DNA of 64,000 nucleotides from the NCBI GenBank assembly GCA_964544595.1, contig CAZJBM010000005.1:1324-65323 (forward strand), written 5' to 3'. The notes beneath the pieces are model-generated. The model was not told where the DNA came from. It was given only the letters and a program-made list of their open reading frames with translations, and searched no databases. A program made the position numbers and the translations under genes. How positions within the stretch are numbered: position 1 is the stretch's first letter; each line of letters begins with the position of its first letter. This document shows, piece by piece, positions 59,429 through 64,000 of the stretch. Source of the stretch: an uncultured Barnesiella sp. Lineage in GTDB: Bacteria; Bacteroidota; Bacteroidia; Bacteroidales; Muribaculaceae.

Positions 59429-60960
59429 TTTTTTGATAGGGGTAATATGATTATAAATTTTGTTCCTTGATTTAATTCGCTGTCCACTTTGATGGTTCCG
59501 CCATGAAGCGTGACCATCTTGTAGACGTAGGCTAAGCCGAGGCCGAAGCCTTTCACGTCGTGCTGATTTCCGGTCGGCACTCGGTAGAATTTGTCGAATA
59601 TCTTCTTCAGATGCTCGCGCTTTATGCCGATACCGTTATCCTCGACGATGATTCTCAGCGACTCTTCGCCTATATCTGAGGTCGACACTTTAAGCTCAAG
59701 CGGCACATCCTCGCGGCGATATTTCACCGCATTGTCGAGAAGATTGTATATAACGTTGGTGAAGTGCATCTCATCGACGTTGACTATCGCGTCTTCCGCG
59801 TCGAGATCCGCTTCAAGATGACCGCCATAACGCTCCACTTTTATCTTAAACGTGTTCACGATCTGATAAATCGCCGCGTTGGCATCCACCTCTTTCAGTC
59901 GCAAAGTTGCCTTCTTGCGGTCGAACATCGACATTTGCAACACCTTCTCAACCTGGAAGCGCAGCCGCTTGGTCTCGTCGTTTATAACCTGCGAAATATG
60001 CTGGAGCATTGCCGGTGATTTCCTTACCGAAGCGTCGTTGAGCATCTGGGCGGCGAGCGAAATGGTTGATATCGGCGTCTTGAATTCATGCGTCATATTG
60101 TTGATGAAGTCGGTCTTCATCTCGTTGAGTTTCTTCTGGCGGAAAGCCACTATGATCGTGTACACAAACACTATCAGGAGCACTATCGTGAAAATAAACG
60201 CCGGTATCAGGAAGCCAAACGAGTCATATATGAAATTGTTCTTTCCCGGGAAATACACTTCAAGAAAGAGGCGTTTGTTCTCAGGGTCGTTGCGAAACAA
60301 CGGTATCTTAAAGAAGTTTGACGACTGCGTCCGTTCATCCTCCAGGCGAGGATAGTTTGCCGTGGTGTAAATCGGCATATTGCTTCGATTGACTATCGCG
60401 AACTCAAAGGGCATATCGTGGATTTTCATCTTTTCAAGCTCCTCCTTGATATACTTGCGGGTGGTTGCCGAGTCGATCCTCTCCATTACGGGGCGATTGC
60501 TCGCTTGGGCCGAAATCTTAAGAATCACCTCGTCGATAAGACCCTTTTGATACAAGTAACGATCTTGAAGCTCCTCGTCGATCTGCTGCATCGAGTTATA
60601 TCGGTTGATTATCGAATTATCGTCGCTTTGAAGATTCGTTATCTGGTCAGCCTTGCCGCGGATGGTGAGATTTCCCTCCATGCCGCTGGTGGTAGAGAAT
60701 GAGTAGCGTATGCCGCGCCCTTTCGCTCTCGAATAGAGTGTCGACGACTGTATCTCGTTAAGGTCATCCTCCAGATAGTACTTTGTCTCCTCCTCCTCGA
60801 GTCGCGCGCTTACCGAGAAAAGGCTGTGAATGACCCCTTCAGAGAATTGGTCATTACGCATGGTGATCATGTCGTCGACATATCTTATCTCGATGTAAAG
60901 CAACCCGCAGAAGGTGATCGACATCAATATTGTTAGTAACCAGATGGTAGATTTTTTCAT
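59425..60960 (-). CDS. rprX: Sensor histidine kinase
   Basis: 2 TM; FINNMTHEFKTP, NLLDNAVKY, DNGIGI, FDKFYRV, GFGLGL. Confidence 0.9.
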   Translation of the reverse strand: MKKSTIWLLTILMSITFCGLLYIEIRYVDDMITMRNDQFSEGVIHSLFSVSARLEEEETKYYLEDDLNEIQSSTLYSRAKGRGIRYSFSTTSGMEGNLTIRGKADQITNLQSDDNSIINRYNSMQQIDEELQDRYLYQKGLIDEVILKISAQASNRPVMERIDSATTRKYIKEELEKMKIHDMPFEFAIVNRSNMPIYTTANYPRLEDERTQSSNFFKIPLFRNDPENKRLFLEVYFPGKNNFIYDSFGFLIPAFIFTIVLLIVFVYTIIVAFRQKKLNEMKTDFINNMTHEFKTPISTISLAAQMLNDASVRKSPAMLQHISQVINDETKRLRFQVEKVLQMSMFDRKKATLRLKEVDANAAIYQIVNTFKIKVERYGGHLEADLDAEDAIVNVDEMHFTNVIYNLLDNAVKYRREDVPLELKVSTSDIGEESLRIIVEDNGIGIKREHLKKIFDKFYRVPTGNQHDVKGFGLGLAYVYKMVTLHGGTIKVDSELNQGTKFIIILPLSKN

Positions 60961-61084
60961 CGCGGTTGGGTATTTACAATATTAACAATTTTAAATAGTG
61001 TATGTTTAAAAAAACTGAAAAAAACTGAATTCCGCCTTTAACACTCAACGGCAAATTTAACATAAAATTGTGAAAACAGCAAAG

Positions 61085-61119
61085 AAACGGCTCCCGAACG
61101 AAACATCCGGAAGCCGTTT
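61085..61119. terminator. Hairpin downstream of LRR gene
   Basis: aaacggctcccg / cggaagccgttt. Confidence 0.6.
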
Positions 61120-61240
61120 TCGATTGATGAGAAATCTAAAGGCTTAGATTCTTGTGCGGGAGCGTAAGGCTGTTTTCTTGCGCTACCAGCGATATGTGGG
61201 TACTTTTAATCCGATAGATTCATCTTGGAGTATGGTCTGA

Positions 61241-62299
61241 TTAGTAATTCCACTGGCAAGCAACCATGCGGAGCTGATCGCAGCCTTGAGTGCGGAGATC
61301 GTTAATCATATTGTAGCGGCAGTTAATATAAACCAGTTGCGGGTCAAACGAAACGTCGAGCATCGAAAGCTGGTTATTGTTGCAAATCACGCGCTGGAGG
61401 AAAGTCTGGTTAGAGAGGGTAAGCGTAGTCAGGTCGTTGTATGAGCAGTCAACGTACTCAAGCTGAGTGCAATTTTCAACATTAAGAGTAGTCAGGTCGT
61501 TGTAAGAGCAAACGAGATCAAGAAGATGAGAGCAGTTGTTCAGAGAAAGACCGGTCATGTTGTTGTCAGAGCAGATAAATGAGCTGAGCGACTCGAGGTT
61601 TTGAATGGCAAGATTCTGGATCTCATTGTCGTCGATATTGAGGTTGGTAAGATTGTCAACACCAGTAAGAAGGAGTGAAGTCAACTTGTTATAACCGCAA
61701 TAGAGATTTTTAAGGTTCGAGCAGCCCGTGATCACGAGTTTCTCAAGACGGCAACCCTGGCAGTTAAGAGTCTTCAACGAGGTCGAGTTGGCGAGATTGA
61801 GCTCAACGAAGCTGTTGTTTGAGCAGTTGAGATCCTCGATGTTGGGAGTCCCGGTGAGAGTAAGGTCGTTAAGACGGTTTTTGTAGACCTTAACGCTTGT
61901 AAGAGAGGGGAGGTTGGCAAGTGTGAGAGTCGTAAGCTTGTTGCGCGAAGCGTCAAGCTTGGCGAGGACACCGTCGCCGGTAACGTTGAGAGTGGCGATT
62001 TCGTTGCGCGAAACGTTTACTTCAGTAAGCGCGCTGAAGTTAGAAAGGTCGAGATTGCCTGCGATTTTCTTGTCGCTCCAGTCAATTTTGGTTACATGAC
62101 CGTTTTCGATAGTCACGCCTTCCCAGGTAGAGGGTGCGGAAATATCGACAATCTTAAGGGCTAACTGATTAGTGGCCGCTTCGGCAGCGGGTTGGGTTAA
62201 AAAGTTTTGGAGTTGTTTCAACTCGCTTTTGTTCATTTTTTGGGCGAAAGCAGTGGCACATCCCAGAGCCAAGGCCATCAATAAAACAGCTTTTTTCAT
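61241..62299 (-). CDS. Secreted leucine-rich-repeat protein
   Basis: Signal peptide ending FAQ; about 13 repeats of about 21 aa, LxxLxCxxNxLxxLxL. Confidence 0.85.
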   Translation of the reverse strand: MKKAVLLMALALGCATAFAQKMNKSELKQLQNFLTQPAAEAATNQLALKIVDISAPSTWEGVTIENGHVTKIDWSDKKIAGNLDLSNFSALTEVNVSRNEIATLNVTGDGVLAKLDASRNKLTTLTLANLPSLTSVKVYKNRLNDLTLTGTPNIEDLNCSNNSFVELNLANSTSLKTLNCQGCRLEKLVITGCSNLKNLYCGYNKLTSLLLTGVDNLTNLNIDDNEIQNLAIQNLESLSSFICSDNNMTGLSLNNCSHLLDLVCSYNDLTTLNVENCTQLEYVDCSYNDLTTLTLSNQTFLQRVICNNNQLSMLDVSFDPQLVYINCRYNMINDLRTQGCDQLRMVACQWNY

Positions 62300-62759
62300 A
62301 ATTTTGTAAGTGATTAAAAGTTTTTATACGAATAACAATATTTTTTCACGATTGGTTTACGATTCAAGAATGTTTTTTTATGTTTTTTCACCAATTTTCA
62401 ACCTTTCAAATTCTTATTACTGCTTTTCGAGAGTCACAACCCTTTGACAATCTACCCGTTTTTTTGTGACAAATATTGAGCGGGGGAGTTCCTCCTATGG
62501 CGATTCTCTGATGTTGTTTGCTGATGTGACCTAAGCCAGAGAGCGATTCGGCATGAGATATTTTTGAAGTATATGGCAGAAATTAGATTTATAGGTATAA
62601 TGGTTGGTATTAACACAGCCCGCTATAACGGCTGCCTGAAGAGATTCGAGCAATGCCGTGCGTCGGGCGTTGCGACAAAGTTAATCAATTCATTCCGATT
62701 ATGCAAGTGATATGCGCCGTTATGATGAATATTATTGGGCTGAATATGCGGCTTGGCGG

Positions 62760-64000
62760 TTAAAATGGGGCTGCCGAGTCGGTAGGCGAGGCCGAAATGT
62801 CGGCTGTGCCCCCCGTGAAGGGATCTCCCCCTGCAATGGGGGCTCCGAGCGGGTCGTCATTGATTTTCGACCCTACCGTCGTTTCGCCGAATGAGCTCTC
62901 CTGGTCATCCCAGTTCTCGAACCGCGTATATTTACCTTTAAATTTGAGTTTCACATCGCATACCTGGCCGTTACGATGCTTCGCTATGATGAAATAGGCA
63001 AGATTGCGTATATCGTTCCCTTCGGCGTCGGTGTCCGACTTCGTGTAATATTCAGGTCGATGGATGAAGCATACTATATCCGCATCCTGCTCTATAGCGC
63101 CCGACTCGCGAAGGTCGCTCAGCTGCGGGCGTTTTCCGTCTCTGCCATCACCGCGCGACTCTACCGAGCGGTTAAGCTGCGACAGTGCCACGATCGGTAT
63201 ATTCAGCTCCTTCGCCAGCTGCTTGAGAGAGCGCGAAATCATCGACACCTCCTGCTCGCGCGAGCCAAACTTCATGCCCGAGGCGTTCATCAGCTGCAAG
63301 TAGTCGATGATGATGAACTTCACTCCATGCTCGCGGACAAGTCGGCGCGCTTTCGTGCGCAGCTCAAATATCGAGAGCGAGGCCGTGTCATCTATATATA
63401 GTGGCGCGCTGTAGAGATGCTTTATACGCGACATCAGCTGATCCCACTCGCGGTCCTGCAGTCGTCCGCTCTTTATCTTATCTGACTCCAGCTCGCATTG
63501 ATTGCAAATCAAGCGGTTGACGAGCTGAATATTCGACATTTCGAGCGAAAACACCGCTATCGGAGTGTTGTAGTTGACCGCCATGTTCTTTGCCATCGAA
63601 AGCACGAGAGCGGTTTTACCCATTGCCGGACGGGCCGCGATAATGATGAGGTCGGAATTTTGCCATCCCGAAGTGATTTTATCTAGGTCATGGAAACCCG
63701 ACTCCAAGCCGCTCAGTCCAGTCGCGCGGTTGGCTGCCGCCTGTATCTGATCTATAGCCTGCTTGATTACAGGGTCGATCTGCGTGAAGTCCTTTTTTAC
63801 GTTTCGCTGCGATATTTCAAAAAGCTTGCCTTCAGCCTCCTGCATCAGGTCGTCGACGTCGTTGCTCTCGTCATAGGCTTTGGCTTCGATATTGGTCGCG
63901 AAGGAAATAAGCTCGCGGGCAAGATATTTCTGAGCGACGATGCGGGCGTGATACTCTACGTTGGCAGCCGACGCGACCCGCGCGGTCAGCTCTGAGATGA
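62760..64000 (-). CDS. dnaB: Replicative DNA helicase, 5'-partial
   Basis: Frame open to window end (ISELTARVASAANVEYHARIV...); AARPAMGKT, FSLEM, IIDYLQL, LSQLNR, LRESGAIEQDAD, AKHRNG. Confidence 0.97.
   Translation of the reverse strand, partial: ISELTARVASAANVEYHARIVAQKYLARELISFATNIEAKAYDESNDVDDLMQEAEGKLFEISQRNVKKDFTQIDPVIKQAIDQIQAAANRATGLSGLESGFHDLDKITSGWQNSDLIIIAARPAMGKTALVLSMAKNMAVNYNTPIAVFSLEMSNIQLVNRLICNQCELESDKIKSGRLQDREWDQLMSRIKHLYSAPLYIDDTASLSIFELRTKARRLVREHGVKFIIIDYLQLMNASGMKFGSREQEVSMISRSLKQLAKELNIPIVALSQLNRSVESRGDGRDGKRPQLSDLRESGAIEQDADIVCFIHRPEYYTKSDTDAEGNDIRNLAYFIIAKHRNGQVCDVKLKFKGKYTRFENWDDQESSFGETTVGSKINDDPLGAPIAGGDPFTGGTADISASPTDSAAPF

Noticed and set aside
1-64000. tRNA, rRNA, tmRNA, RNase P RNA, CRISPR arrays, invertible promoters
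   Set aside because: No T-loop/CCA cloverleaf, rRNA signatures, regularly spaced repeats or invertase seen by eye; a tRNAscan/Infernal run would be needed to exclude them formally

Overview
Chromosomal segment of a gut Bacteroidales bacterium, probably Muribaculaceae-like. This is inferred from TAnnTTTG promoters, AT-rich start contexts, PorQ/T9SS, RprXY and the Bacteroidetes-type S16. Most of the window is housekeeping: EF-G paralog (partial), mlaEF, udk, lptB, pgk, pyrF, prfA, rpsP, aguAB, htpG, gyrA, clpC, rplY, pth, hslR, folE, tpiA, glycogen genes, porQ, cmk, ispH, rprXY and dnaB (partial), with scattered pectin enzymes. I recognised no rRNA, tRNA or CRISPR array. Best leads: (1) a PflA-like radical-SAM gene with no glycyl-radical partner in the window, translationally coupled to a double TonB-C protein whose signal peptide is preceded by a five-Cys leader containing its own CxxxCxxC; (2) an AT-rich four-gene operon (GT-C-like protein, UbiA phosphoribosyltransferase, HAD phosphatase, GtrA) lacking the DprE1/E2 epimerase, suggesting lipid-linked ribosylation; (3) a lone DUF3987 gene bracketed by two related 81-bp palindromic elements; (4) sigma54-type -24/-12 sites upstream of both chaperone genes, htpG and clpC; (5) an IS5-derived MITE with a transposase fragment missing from the ORF track, plus three solo copies of its end motif at gene 3' ends. 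No searches or computations were run: family assignments come from motifs read by eye and from memory, and GC statements are qualitative.
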